Source: Spirochaetia bacterium
GTDB lineage: Bacteria > Spirochaetota > Spirochaetia > SZUA-6 > Bin103
Reading direction: 5' to 3'
Length of the DNA: 64,000 nucleotides
NCBI GenBank assembly: GCA_965208575.1
Contig: CBDBOV010000006.1
Span: 864,001 to 928,000 of the forward strand
Position 1 is the stretch's first letter, and every line of letters starts with the position of its first letter. Shown here in pieces: positions 1 through 9,363 of this stretch. The notes beneath the pieces were generated by a model. That model saw only the letters and a list, made by a program, of their open reading frames with translations, had not been told where the DNA came from and did no database searches. Both the position numbers and the translations under genes were made by a program.

Positions 1-1
1 C

Positions 2-829
2 GCCGACCGCGGGGCGTTCCAGGACGCGGACGATCCGGCCGCGCGCCTGCTGCCGGCCGCCACCCACGTGTCGCTGGTGGAGACCCAGCTTCGCCGCCTG
101 CTGCAGATTCCGGGGTGGCAGGGGCTGACCCGGCGCGTGCGCGCCGCGCTGATCGGCGGCAGCGCGCTGTCCGCCCCGCTGCTGCGCCGGGCCCGCGACG
201 CCGGCTTGCCGGTGTGCGCCTCCTACGGCTGCACGGAGATGGCCTCGCAGGTCGCCACCACCCGTCCCGGCGACCCGCGCGAGACCTTTTCCGGCGCCGC
301 ACCCGTGCTGCCCCACCGGGAGGTCGCGGTCAGCACCGGCGGCGAGATCCTGCTCGGTGGGCGTACCCTGTGCCTCGGCTACCTCGAACGGGAACGCGTG
401 CGGCCGGCTGCCGGCGCCGGCGGCTGGTTCGCCAGCGGCGACCTGGGCCGGCTCGACGGCGAACGGCTGTCGGTAACCGGACGCCGCGACGCCCGCTTCA
501 TTTCCGGCGGCGAGAACATCCAGCCCGAGGAAGTGGAGCGGGCGCTGCTCGAACACCCGGCGGTGCTCGCGGCGGTGTGCGTGGCGGTGCCGGACACCGA
601 GTTCGGCAGGCGCCCGGCGGCCTTTCTTTCCGTGGCGTCGGGTGCGCTGCCTCCGCGCGACATCGAAGCCCATCTCACCCCCCGCCTCGCTCGCTTCAAG
701 CACCCGGTACGCTACTTTCCCCTGCCGGCGCAACCGAGTGCCACCGGCGACGCGGGCAGCGGCGCCATCAAGCACGCGCGCAGAGCGCTCGCGGCTCGTG
801 CAGCGCGGACTGTCGCCGAGGCGCACTGA
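2..829 (+). CDS. menE: o-succinylbenzoate-CoA ligase-like AMP-binding enzyme (5' partial)
   Basis: Frame is open from the window edge; motifs THVSLVETQL, SYGCTEMASQ, SGDLG, ISGGENIQPEEVE. Confidence 0.8.
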   Translation, partial: ADRGAFQDADDPAARLLPAATHVSLVETQLRRLLQIPGWQGLTRRVRAALIGGSALSAPLLRRARDAGLPVCASYGCTEMASQVATTRPGDPRETFSGAAPVLPHREVAVSTGGEILLGGRTLCLGYLERERVRPAAGAGGWFASGDLGRLDGERLSVTGRRDARFISGGENIQPEEVERALLEHPAVLAAVCVAVPDTEFGRRPAAFLSVASGALPPRDIEAHLTPRLARFKHPVRYFPLPAQPSATGDAGSGAIKHARRALAARAARTVAEAH

Positions 830-901
830 TGCCGCGCGGGACGCGCCGTGCGGTCGGTTGACGGCCGCGGCTCGTGCCCGTACCGTTGCTGGTGAGGCTG
901 G

Positions 902-1387
902 GTGGTGGAGTATCTGCCCTACATCTGGGCCGCGTTGGGACTGGTGCTGATCGGCGCCGAGCTCCTGCTGCCGAGCTTCATGATCTTCTTCTTCGGCGCC
1001 GGGGCGCTGGTCACCGCGGCGCTGACCGCGCTCATTCCGGGGCTGCGCGAGCACCTGCTCCCGCAGGTGCTGGTATGGCTCGGGGCCTCCACGGCCACGT
1101 TGTTCTCGCTGCGCCACTGGCTGCGAGGGGTGTTCGGAGGCAGCGTGCAGCGCGATCGCGAACAGGAGGATGTCGCCGGCAAGCAGGCGGTGGTAGTGGA
1201 GGCGATTTCTCCGCAGCGTCCGGGGCGGGTGCGGTTTCAGGGGACGACCTGGGAGGCGCGCAGCTACGAGGGCAGCTTCACCCCGGGGAGCGCGGTGCAG
1301 ATCGTCAAGAACGACAATTTGGCCCTGGTAGTGACCCGCGTGTTCAGCGACGACATGCTGGACGACGGCGGCGGCGAGGAGGGCTGA
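902..1387 (+). CDS. NfeD-like (YbbJ-type) membrane protein
   Basis: Hydrophobic N-terminus with ELLLPSF, C-terminal GRVRFQGTTWEA; stop overlaps the SPFH start. Confidence 0.85.
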   Translation: MVEYLPYIWAALGLVLIGAELLLPSFMIFFFGAGALVTAALTALIPGLREHLLPQVLVWLGASTATLFSLRHWLRGVFGGSVQRDREQEDVAGKQAVVVEAISPQRPGRVRFQGTTWEARSYEGSFTPGSAVQIVKNDNLALVVTRVFSDDMLDDGGGEEG

Positions 1388-2340
1388 TGGTATTCGATAT
1401 CGTGGTGGCGCTGCTGGCGGTAGGTGTCGCGGTGTGGCTGTTCTCCCGCCTGGTGCGCATCGTGCCGGAACAGGAGACCTACATCGTCGAACGACTCGGC
1501 AAGTTCACCCGCATGCTCGGCCCCGGCTTCCACGTGCTCATTCCGCTCCTGGAACGCGTCGCCTACCGGCAGAACCTCAAGGAGGAAGCGATCGACGTGC
1601 CGCCGCAAGTCTGCATCACCCAGGACAACGTCCAGGTAGAGGTGGACGGCGTGCTGTACCTGCGGGTGGTCGATCCGCAGAAGGCGAGCTACGGCATCGA
1701 CGACTTTCGCTTCGCCACCACCCAGTTGGCGCAGACGACGATGCGCTCGGAGATCGGCAAGATCAACCTGGAGCGCAGCTTCTCCGAACGCGAGGCGTTG
1801 AACGACGCCATCGTGCGCAGCGTGGACGAGGCGTCCGATCCGTGGGGCATCAAGGTGACCCGCTACGAGATTCGCGACATCGCACCGCCGCCCGGGGTAC
1901 TGGAGGCGATGGAGCAGCAGATGCGCGCCGAACGCGAGAAGCGGGCCCGCATTCTGGAAAGCGAGGGCGCCCGCACCGCCCGCATCAACCTCTCCAAGGG
2001 CGAACGCGAGGAGGCGATCAACGTCAGCAAGGGCGAGCGCCAGCGCCGCATCAACGAGGCGCAGGGCCGGGCGCACGCCATCGAGGCCACCGCCGCGGCC
2101 ACCGCCGACGGCATCCGCGAGATCGCCGCCGCAACTCGGCTCCCGAAGGGCCAGGAGGCGCTGGCGATGCGCATCGCCGAGCAGTTCGTGGGCCAGTTCG
2201 GAGAGATCCTGGAGCGCGCCCGCACCTCGGTGATGCCGGTCGACGTCGCACAGATCCGGGCGCTGCTGCAAAGCGTTCTGCCGGCCGGCGGCGCGGCACG
2301 GTCCGCCGCGCGTCCCGACTCCGGGGAGGATCGGTCATGA
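1387..2340 (+). CDS. SPFH/stomatin (QmcA-like) protein
   Basis: ATG overlaps the upstream TGA; motifs VERLGKF, ITQDNVQVEVDG, WGIKVTRYEI. Confidence 0.92.
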   Translation: MVFDIVVALLAVGVAVWLFSRLVRIVPEQETYIVERLGKFTRMLGPGFHVLIPLLERVAYRQNLKEEAIDVPPQVCITQDNVQVEVDGVLYLRVVDPQKASYGIDDFRFATTQLAQTTMRSEIGKINLERSFSEREALNDAIVRSVDEASDPWGIKVTRYEIRDIAPPPGVLEAMEQQMRAEREKRARILESEGARTARINLSKGEREEAINVSKGERQRRINEAQGRAHAIEATAAATADGIREIAAATRLPKGQEALAMRIAEQFVGQFGEILERARTSVMPVDVAQIRALLQSVLPAGGAARSAARPDSGEDRS

Positions 2341-3320
2341 CCGCACTGCTGATCATCGTTGGCCTGTTCGCGCTGGGGGTGCTGTGGGCGCTGGTGCGCA
2401 GCGTGCGCGTCGTGCGCGCGCAGACGGCATTGGTCGTGGAGCGGCTCGGCCGTTACAGCAAGACCCTGGCCGCGGGGTTTCACATCCTGGTTCCGTTCAT
2501 CGACCGGGTGCGCTATCGCCACAGCCTGAAGGAACAGGCGATGGACGTGCCGTCGCAGCCGAGCATCACCCTGGACAACGTCAAGGTGATGGTGGACGGC
2601 GTGCTCTACTACCGCGTGGTCGATCCGCGTGCCGCCAGCTACGGCATCAAGAACTACCAGTACGCCACCGTGCAACTCGCCCAGACCACGATGCGCTCGG
2701 TGATCGGCCAGTTGGAGCTGGACCGCACGTTCGAGGAACGCGAGCGCATCAACGCGCAGATCGTCGCCAGCGTCGACCAGGCGTCCGACCCGTGGGGTGT
2801 GAAGGTGACCCGCTACGAAGTGCAGAACATCAATGTTCCCGCCAGCGTGCTGGAGTCGATGGAGTACCAGATCCGCGCGGAACGGGACAAACGGGCCGTG
2901 ATCGCGCGCAGCGTGGGAGAGATGGAGTCGCGCATCAACCGTTCCATGGCGGAGATGCAGGAGGCGATCAACAAGAGCGAGGGCGAGAAGCAGCGCCAGA
3001 TCAACGAGGCCGAGGGCCAGGCCGAGGAGATCACCGCGCTCGCCCGCGCCACCGCGACCGGGCTGCGCGAGGTGGCCGGCGCGATCGCCGCCGCCGGCGG
3101 CGAGGACGCGATGCTCCTGCGGATCGCCGAGGCCTACCTGGATCAGCTCCGCAAGCTGTCGAACAGCGCCACCGAGGTGGTGCTGCCGATGGACCTGACC
3201 GACATCGGCTCGGTAGTGGACGCGCTGCGCGGCGTCCTGCAGCCGGGTGCAAGCCCCGGCCGGGCGATGCCGCGACCGTCACCGCCGTCAAGTTCGACTG
3301 CAGACGGTCGCGATGAATGA
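2337..3320 (+). CDS. Second SPFH/stomatin paralog
   Basis: ATGA overlap; motifs VERLGRY, ITLDNVKVMVDG, WGVKVTRYEV. Confidence 0.92.
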   Translation: MTALLIIVGLFALGVLWALVRSVRVVRAQTALVVERLGRYSKTLAAGFHILVPFIDRVRYRHSLKEQAMDVPSQPSITLDNVKVMVDGVLYYRVVDPRAASYGIKNYQYATVQLAQTTMRSVIGQLELDRTFEERERINAQIVASVDQASDPWGVKVTRYEVQNINVPASVLESMEYQIRAERDKRAVIARSVGEMESRINRSMAEMQEAINKSEGEKQRQINEAEGQAEEITALARATATGLREVAGAIAAAGGEDAMLLRIAEAYLDQLRKLSNSATEVVLPMDLTDIGSVVDALRGVLQPGASPGRAMPRPSPPSSSTADGRDE

Positions 3321-3412
3321 CCGCCGCGGGCCGTCCTGTGACGGGGAGCAGGTCCGGCTTCCCAGGTTCGTGCCGGAGGACCGGATCCTCGGCGCGTGGA
3401 CGGGCAGGTCGA
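3313..3412 (+). pseudogene. Degenerate copy of the 5' end of the ADP-ribosylglycohydrolase gene at 4305
   Basis: VRLPRFVPEDRILGAWTGRS versus VRIPKFVLEDRILGAWVGKS; near-identical DNA ttcgtg(c)(c/t)ggaggaccggatcctcggcgcgtgg. Confidence 0.8.
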
Positions 3413-3610
3413 GCCGGGCTGAGACGCACGGCACTCGACCGCGCGCCGTTCGTGCCCGCCGCTACGCCACTCCACGCCGCCCACTCGAAGCCGCCCACTC
3501 CATGCCGTTGTGGTACCATGCGGCCCCGGCATCGGGTGGTCCCACCACCGGCCGGCGTATCAGTCTCTGCGCGTTGATCACGCGAGTATACCGGCAAACA
3601 GGGGGTTACC

Positions 3611-4294
3611 GTGACGGACGAGCCTGAGTGGAGCTACGAAGGAGACCACGGGCCGGCCTGCTGGGGGTCGATGGACGAGGCATTCTCCACCTGCGCCGAC
3701 GGTGCCGAGCAGTCCCCGATCGATCTCGTGGACGGCGTGGTGGACGGCCGCCATCCGCCGGTCGCATTCGACTATGGACCACGCGCCGGCACGGTCGTGA
3801 ACACCGGCCGCACCATCCAGGTGAACGTCGACCGGGGCAGCGGCATCACGATCGGCGGCACGCTGTTCGAACTGCTGCAATTCCACTTCCACCACGCCAG
3901 CGAGCACACGGTCGGCCGCACGCGGTACCCGATGGAGATGCACCTGGTGCATCGCAGCGACGGCGGCGCCCTCGCGGTGGTCGGCGTGCTGATCCGGGAG
4001 GGTGCGGCCAACGAAGCGCTGGCACCGATCTGGGCGCGCCTGCCTCGTCAGACCGGCTCGCAGGCGGTGCTGCCGGACGCGGTGCAGGTAGCGGCGCTGC
4101 TGCCGGCGACACGGACCGCCTGGCGTTACCGCGGGTCGCTCACCACGCCGCCCTGTACCGAGGGGGTTTCCTGGATCGTCATGACCGAGCCTGTTACGCT
4201 GTCGGGTGCGCAGATCGCGGCGATGGGCGCCCTCTACCCGCGCAACTTCCGGCCCATACAGCCGCTGGGGCGACGCTCCCTGGGCCGCGTCTGA
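3611..4294 (+). CDS. cah: Alpha-class carbonic anhydrase
   Basis: Motifs WSYEG, QSPID, QFHFHHASEH, EMHLVH, YRGSLTTPPCTEGV, NFRPIQPL. Confidence 0.95.
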   Translation: MTDEPEWSYEGDHGPACWGSMDEAFSTCADGAEQSPIDLVDGVVDGRHPPVAFDYGPRAGTVVNTGRTIQVNVDRGSGITIGGTLFELLQFHFHHASEHTVGRTRYPMEMHLVHRSDGGALAVVGVLIREGAANEALAPIWARLPRQTGSQAVLPDAVQVAALLPATRTAWRYRGSLTTPPCTEGVSWIVMTEPVTLSGAQIAAMGALYPRNFRPIQPLGRRSLGRV

Positions 4295-4304
4295 GGCACG
4301 CGCC

Positions 4305-5864
4305 ATGATGAAATCAAGCCACGGGGCGAGCTACGACGATCAACTGGTACGGATTCCGAAGTTCGTGCTGGAGGACCGGATCCTCGGCGCGTGGGTGGGC
4401 AAGTCGTACGGCGCGGCGATGGGCGAACCGCTGGAGTTCGCGTTCAACGGGCGCATCTTCCTGGGCGCGGTGGACGTACAGCAGCACGCGCTGCGCGAGT
4501 GGCTGGTCAACGAAGACGACCTGTACATGAACATGGCGATGCTGGCGGTGGTGGCCGACAGGGGGCTGGCCGCGACCAGCGAGGACTTCGCCGCGCCCTA
4601 CCGGGAGGGCAAGTTCCTGGTGTGGCACGCCAACGGCCAGGCGCGGCAGAACCTGCTGGCCGGCATCCCCGCCGAGCTGGCCGGGCATCCGGCCTACAAC
4701 CCGCACGCCGACGATATCGACTTTCAGATCGAGTGCGACTACATCGGCATGATCTCGCCGGGTCTGCCGGAGGCCGCGCAGGACCTGTGTCGGCGCCAGG
4801 GGCGGGTGGTGAACTACGGCGACGGCATCTACGGCGGCATGTTCTTCACCGCCATGTACGCGGCCGCCTGGTTCGAGACCGACCCGCGCCGCGTCGTCGA
4901 GCTCGGCCGGCGGGCGATCCCGGCGGACAGCAGGTACGGCCTCCTGATCGACGACCTGCTCGCCTGCCACCGCGACCATCCCGATGACTGGATGGCGGCG
5001 TGGCGCGCGATCGAGGGCAAGTGGAACCACGACCTGTGCCCGTGGGGCCCCACCGAGCCGGGCGGCAAGTTCAACATCCAGGCCAGCTTCAACGGCGCCT
5101 ACGTGGCGCTCGGCCTGCTGTACTCCGGCGGCGACTACTACCGCGCCATCGAGATCACCACCCGCGCCGGCCAGGACACCGACAGCAACACCGCCAACAC
5201 CGGCGGCATCATGGGCACGCTGGTCGGCTACGAGGGGCTGCCCGAGCGCGTGAAGCGGGAGATGTGGCCCTACCTGAACCGCATCTACCACCACACCAGG
5301 TACTCGATCGTCACCGCCACCGACGAGTGCGTGCGCCTTGCCGCCGCCAACGTGGTGGCCAACGGCGGCCGGCAACGGGGATCCGACCTGGTGGTACGCC
5401 GCCAGCCGTTCCACCACGATGCGCCGGCCGAGGTTTCCTTCCCCGGCCTGGAGCCGGTCGATGCGTTCGCCGCCACCGATGCACGGCTGGTATGGCGCGG
5501 GCAGTGGGCCCGGCACGGCGAGGGGGAGCCGCTGATGCGTAGCGACACGCCGGGCGACGCGCTGGAGGTGAGCTTTCGCGGCAACGTGATCTTCGTGCAG
5601 GGCGACATCCACTGCACCTGCGGCGTGCTGGAGGCGCGGGTCGACGGCGAACTGGTGCAGGAGCGCGACATGTACCACCCCAAGCAGTGGGTCAACGCCT
5701 GCCAGTGCACGGCGGTGTGGGTGACCGGCCTGGCCGACGGTGAGCACCGGCTGCAGGTGCGCGTCACCGGGCGCCGGAACCCGGCCGCCGAGGGAGTGGG
5801 GGTCACGCTCGGGCGCGTGGTCTCCTACACCGGCCGAGTCGCCGATCTGCCGGAACCCTGCTGA
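4305..5864 (+). CDS. ADP-ribosylglycohydrolase-family protein with a C-terminal beta-sandwich domain
   Basis: Motifs NEDDLY, ADDIDFQIE, GQDTDSN; C-terminal LEVSFRG...GLADGEHRLQV. Confidence 0.8.
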   Translation: MMKSSHGASYDDQLVRIPKFVLEDRILGAWVGKSYGAAMGEPLEFAFNGRIFLGAVDVQQHALREWLVNEDDLYMNMAMLAVVADRGLAATSEDFAAPYREGKFLVWHANGQARQNLLAGIPAELAGHPAYNPHADDIDFQIECDYIGMISPGLPEAAQDLCRRQGRVVNYGDGIYGGMFFTAMYAAAWFETDPRRVVELGRRAIPADSRYGLLIDDLLACHRDHPDDWMAAWRAIEGKWNHDLCPWGPTEPGGKFNIQASFNGAYVALGLLYSGGDYYRAIEITTRAGQDTDSNTANTGGIMGTLVGYEGLPERVKREMWPYLNRIYHHTRYSIVTATDECVRLAAANVVANGGRQRGSDLVVRRQPFHHDAPAEVSFPGLEPVDAFAATDARLVWRGQWARHGEGEPLMRSDTPGDALEVSFRGNVIFVQGDIHCTCGVLEARVDGELVQERDMYHPKQWVNACQCTAVWVTGLADGEHRLQVRVTGRRNPAAEGVGVTLGRVVSYTGRVADLPEPC

Positions 5865-5951
5865 CGCTGCCCACGCAACCCGCCCGGTCAGCGGCAGGCA
5901 CGATTCCGTGTGCTACACTGGCCGGCAGGGCGCCGTTCGGGCATTCCGCGG

Positions 5952-7649
5952 ATGAATTTCAATACCACCAACAACACGTTCCGCCAACTGATGGGCAACG
6001 GGCTCAGCTACCGGGTGCCGTTGTTCCAGCGCGACTACTCGTGGGGGCCTGACGAGTGGGACGACCTGTGGCAGGACATTGTCGCGCTCTTCGAACCCGA
6101 TCCGGAGCCCGCCCACTACATGGGCTACCTGGTGTTGCAGTCCGCGGACAACCGTGCGTTCGACATCATCGACGGTCAGCAGCGCATGACCACGCTCAGC
6201 CTGCTGATGCTCGCCGCCGTTTCCCATCTGTCGGACCTGGCGGTGCCGGATGATCCCGGAGACCCGCAAGCGCGGCGTGCCGAGCAGCTTCGCGCGAGCT
6301 ACATCGGCTACCTGGATCCGGTCAGCCTCGTGCCGCGTTCGAAGCTCACGCTCAACCGCCACAACGACAGCTTCTACCAGAATTACCTGGTGCCGCTTGA
6401 GCGGCTGCCGCAGCGCGGACTGAATGCATCAGAGCATCTCCTGCGCCGCGCGTTCTCCTGGTTCAAGGATCGCATCCGGCGGCGATCGGGAATTGACGGA
6501 ACGGGAGTCGCCAGCTTCGTCGACGGGGCGGTGGACAAGCTCTTCTTTACCGTCATAACCGTGACCGACGAGTTGAACGCATTCAAGGTCTTCGAGACGC
6601 TGAACGCCCGCGGCGTACGCCTCTCGGCGACTGACCTGCTGAAGAACTACCTGTTTTCGGTGGTCGCTCGCGGTGGTGCTCACGAATCCGAAATCTCGTC
6701 GCTGGAGAGCCGGTGGGAGTCGATTGTCGGGCTGCTCGGCAGCGAGAGCCTGCCCGAATTCCTGCGGGTGTACTGGAACAGCCGCCACCGCCTGGTCCGC
6801 AAGGCGGACCTGTTCAAGACCATTCGTGGCGCGGTCGACGGCCGGTCCAAGGTGTTCGCCCTGGTTCGTGACCTCGATCGCCAAGCGCGGGTATACGCGG
6901 CCCTCCGCAACCCGGATGACGGCTCGTGGACCGCCGGGGAACGCGCCAGCCTGTCGCAGTTGCAGATGTTCAGCGTGCGCCAACCGCTTGCGCTGCTGCT
7001 GGCCGCGTTCGATTGCTACTCCGATGAGGACCGGGCTGGGTTTACGCGCCTGCTGCGGGCGGTAGCGGTGGTTTCGCTGCGGTACAACGTTATCTGTGGG
7101 AGGCAGAGCAACGAGCAGGAGTCCGTCTACAACCAGGTAGCCGTCGCGATTTCACAGTCGCGCCTCGCCAGCCCCGGTGCCGCGATCGAGCAGCTACGTC
7201 CGGTATACCCGGAAGACGCCGAGTTCCGGGCGGCGTTCACGGACAAGACGCTGCGCACCACCGGCACCCGCAACAAGAAGGTCGCGCGCTTCCTGTTGTT
7301 CCAGATCGAGCGGCATGCCTCCGGCAGCAGCTTCGACTTCGAGAGCGCCAAATACGACCTGGAGCACGTACTGCCCGAGAATCCCGGCGATGACTGGCAA
7401 CAGTTCGACGACCAACAGCGCGAGGCATGCACCTATCGCCTCGGCAACCTCACACTCCTCACCGCGACCGACAATCGAGCCGCCGGAAACGTCGGCTACC
7501 GTGCGAAACGACGAATCTACGGGAACAGCGAATTCGCCATCACCCGCAAGCTCGCCGAGGACTACGACACCTGGACCCCCGACAAGATCCGCGCCCGCCA
7601 GGCATGGATGGCCCGCCAAGCCACCACCATCTGGCGCATCGATTTCTAG
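5952..7649 (+). CDS. DUF262-DUF1524 (GmrSD-like, type IV restriction) nuclease
   Basis: Motifs VPLFQRDYSW, IIDGQQRMTT, FETLNARG, LEHVLP, LGNLTLL. Confidence 0.9.
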   Translation: MNFNTTNNTFRQLMGNGLSYRVPLFQRDYSWGPDEWDDLWQDIVALFEPDPEPAHYMGYLVLQSADNRAFDIIDGQQRMTTLSLLMLAAVSHLSDLAVPDDPGDPQARRAEQLRASYIGYLDPVSLVPRSKLTLNRHNDSFYQNYLVPLERLPQRGLNASEHLLRRAFSWFKDRIRRRSGIDGTGVASFVDGAVDKLFFTVITVTDELNAFKVFETLNARGVRLSATDLLKNYLFSVVARGGAHESEISSLESRWESIVGLLGSESLPEFLRVYWNSRHRLVRKADLFKTIRGAVDGRSKVFALVRDLDRQARVYAALRNPDDGSWTAGERASLSQLQMFSVRQPLALLLAAFDCYSDEDRAGFTRLLRAVAVVSLRYNVICGRQSNEQESVYNQVAVAISQSRLASPGAAIEQLRPVYPEDAEFRAAFTDKTLRTTGTRNKKVARFLLFQIERHASGSSFDFESAKYDLEHVLPENPGDDWQQFDDQQREACTYRLGNLTLLTATDNRAAGNVGYRAKRRIYGNSEFAITRKLAEDYDTWTPDKIRARQAWMARQATTIWRIDF

Positions 7650-7718
7650 GGCGACACGCACCACCATCAGACTCAATCAAGGTAGCGGGCACTTGCGCCG
7701 CGTTCGAGGGTGGCTCAG

Positions 7719-8486
7719 TTAGTGGGCCAGGAACCCGCCGTCGACCATGTAGGTGTTGCCGCTGCTGTGGGCGCTGTCGTCGCTGGCCAGGAACAGCATC
7801 ATCCGGGCCACATCGACCGGCCGGCCGTAGTGGCCGAGCGGAATCGAGCGCACCGCCCCGGCTTTCCATTTCTCGCCTTCGCCGGGGCGGTACTGGTTCT
7901 CGATCGAGCGCATCATGCGGGTCTCGATCGGCCCCGGGTTGACAGTGTTGACGCGAATGCCGTGCTTGCCCCCCTCCAGCGCCGCGCAGCGCATCAGGCC
8001 GATCACGGCGTGCTTGCTGGTGTGGTACGGGGCCATGCCGGCCAGTCCCATCACGCCGGCCGTCGACGAGGTGATGACGATGCTGCCGCCCTTGCCGCGA
8101 TCGCGCATCGCCGCCATCGCGTACTTCAGACCCAGCCACACGCCGCGCACGTTCACCGCCATGACGCGGTCGAAATCCTCGACGGCGCAGTCGGCGATCG
8201 GATCGGTGCCGCCTTCGATGCCGGCGTTAGCCAACAAAACGTCGACCGCACCGTAGCGCTCGAGCGCCGCCGCCACGTAGGCCTGGGCCTGCGCCGGCTC
8301 GGTTACGTCGGCGGCGAAGTGGCTGACCTCGCCATCGACGGTGGACGCGGCCGCCTCCAGGGCGCCTGCGTCCAGATCCACCATCAACACCTTGGCTCCT
8401 GCCGCCGTGAACAACTGCGCCGCCGCCACGCCGATGCCGCCGGCCGCGCCGGTGATAATCGCAACCTTGTCGTCTAATCGATTCAT
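7719..8486 (-). CDS. SDR-family oxidoreductase
   Basis: Motifs TGAAGGIG, NAGI, YHTSK, IRVNTVNPG. Confidence 0.95.
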   Translation of the reverse strand: MNRLDDKVAIITGAAGGIGVAAAQLFTAAGAKVLMVDLDAGALEAAASTVDGEVSHFAADVTEPAQAQAYVAAALERYGAVDVLLANAGIEGGTDPIADCAVEDFDRVMAVNVRGVWLGLKYAMAAMRDRGKGGSIVITSSTAGVMGLAGMAPYHTSKHAVIGLMRCAALEGGKHGIRVNTVNPGPIETRMMRSIENQYRPGEGEKWKAGAVRSIPLGHYGRPVDVARMMLFLASDDSAHSSGNTYMVDGGFLAH

Positions 8487-8567
8487 CGCGTGACTACCCT
8501 ACCCCCCGGCGCGGCGACAGGGAAGCACGCCGAAACGAGCCGGCAGCCGGTGACGCGCCCCGGGCTG

Positions 8568-8996
8568 CTACGGGCCGGCGGCGCCATCCGCGAGCCGGGA
8601 AAGGGGCGGTGGCAGTGGCACCGGTTCGGTGCCGGAGCCGTCGAGCGCGACGTGGCGGGTGGCGGCGCGCGCCTTGATCTGGCCCGCCGGGTCGCGGAAG
8701 CGGTAGGTCACCCGGTAGGAGTGGTCGCCGCTTCGGGTGAGGGTCAACTCTACCTGCAACCGGTCGCCCACGCGGATCGGCTTCATGAACTCGGCCTCCA
8801 CGGCCACAACCGGCAGGAGCACCTCGCCCTCCGCCAGGATCCGGCCCACGCCCAGCCCGGCCTCGTCCAGCAGCGCCTCGTACGCCTCGTGCGCCATCTC
8901 GAGCAATCGCGAGCAGAAGATCACCCCGGCGGCGTCGGTGTGGTACAGCCGCACGGTGACCGGGTGGACGAAGTGGGGACGCTCCTTGACGGGCAT
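8568..8996 (-). CDS. Hotdog-fold acyl-CoA thioesterase (possibly DHNA-CoA hydrolase)
   Basis: VRLYHTDAAGVIF...AHEAYE motif; menE lies nearby. Confidence 0.8.
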   Translation of the reverse strand: MPVKERPHFVHPVTVRLYHTDAAGVIFCSRLLEMAHEAYEALLDEAGLGVGRILAEGEVLLPVVAVEAEFMKPIRVGDRLQVELTLTRSGDHSYRVTYRFRDPAGQIKARAATRHVALDGSGTEPVPLPPPLSRLADGAAGP

Positions 8997-9171
8997 GCGG
9001 CCAGCGTACCCCGTGAGCGCCCACCACTGCGATGGCGGCCAGACGCCCACCGCTGCCCGCTGCTGTCTGGCCGCGGCACCGAGCGCCGGCGCTGGAGTCC
9101 CCGTTCGCCCGCGCCGAACCGCTTGCCGGGGCGGCGGAGACCTCGCCAGGGTTGCGGCAACCGATGCCGGC

Positions 9172-9295
9172 AGGGCCCCGCTTCGGCGCTGAAGTCGCCA
9201 GCACGACGGCTGACCCACCTGGACGGCTCCTTCCTGGCCTGCGCCGGGGCCCTGCTTCGGCGCCGAAGTCGCCAACACAACGGCGCGCGCCGGCG
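9172..9295. repeat. Two ~40-bp direct repeats, 75 bp apart, each containing the palindrome CTTCGGCGC(C/T)GAAG
   Basis: ggccc(c/t)gcttcggcgc(t/c)gaagtcgcca(g/a)cac(g/a)acggc, with palindrome cores at 9181 and 9256. Confidence 0.75.
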
Positions 9296-9363
9296 CGCCG
9301 CGGCGGTGAAGTGAAGGAGCACGTGTGCCCCAACGCCCGCAAACAATGCACAATGCGGCCGTT

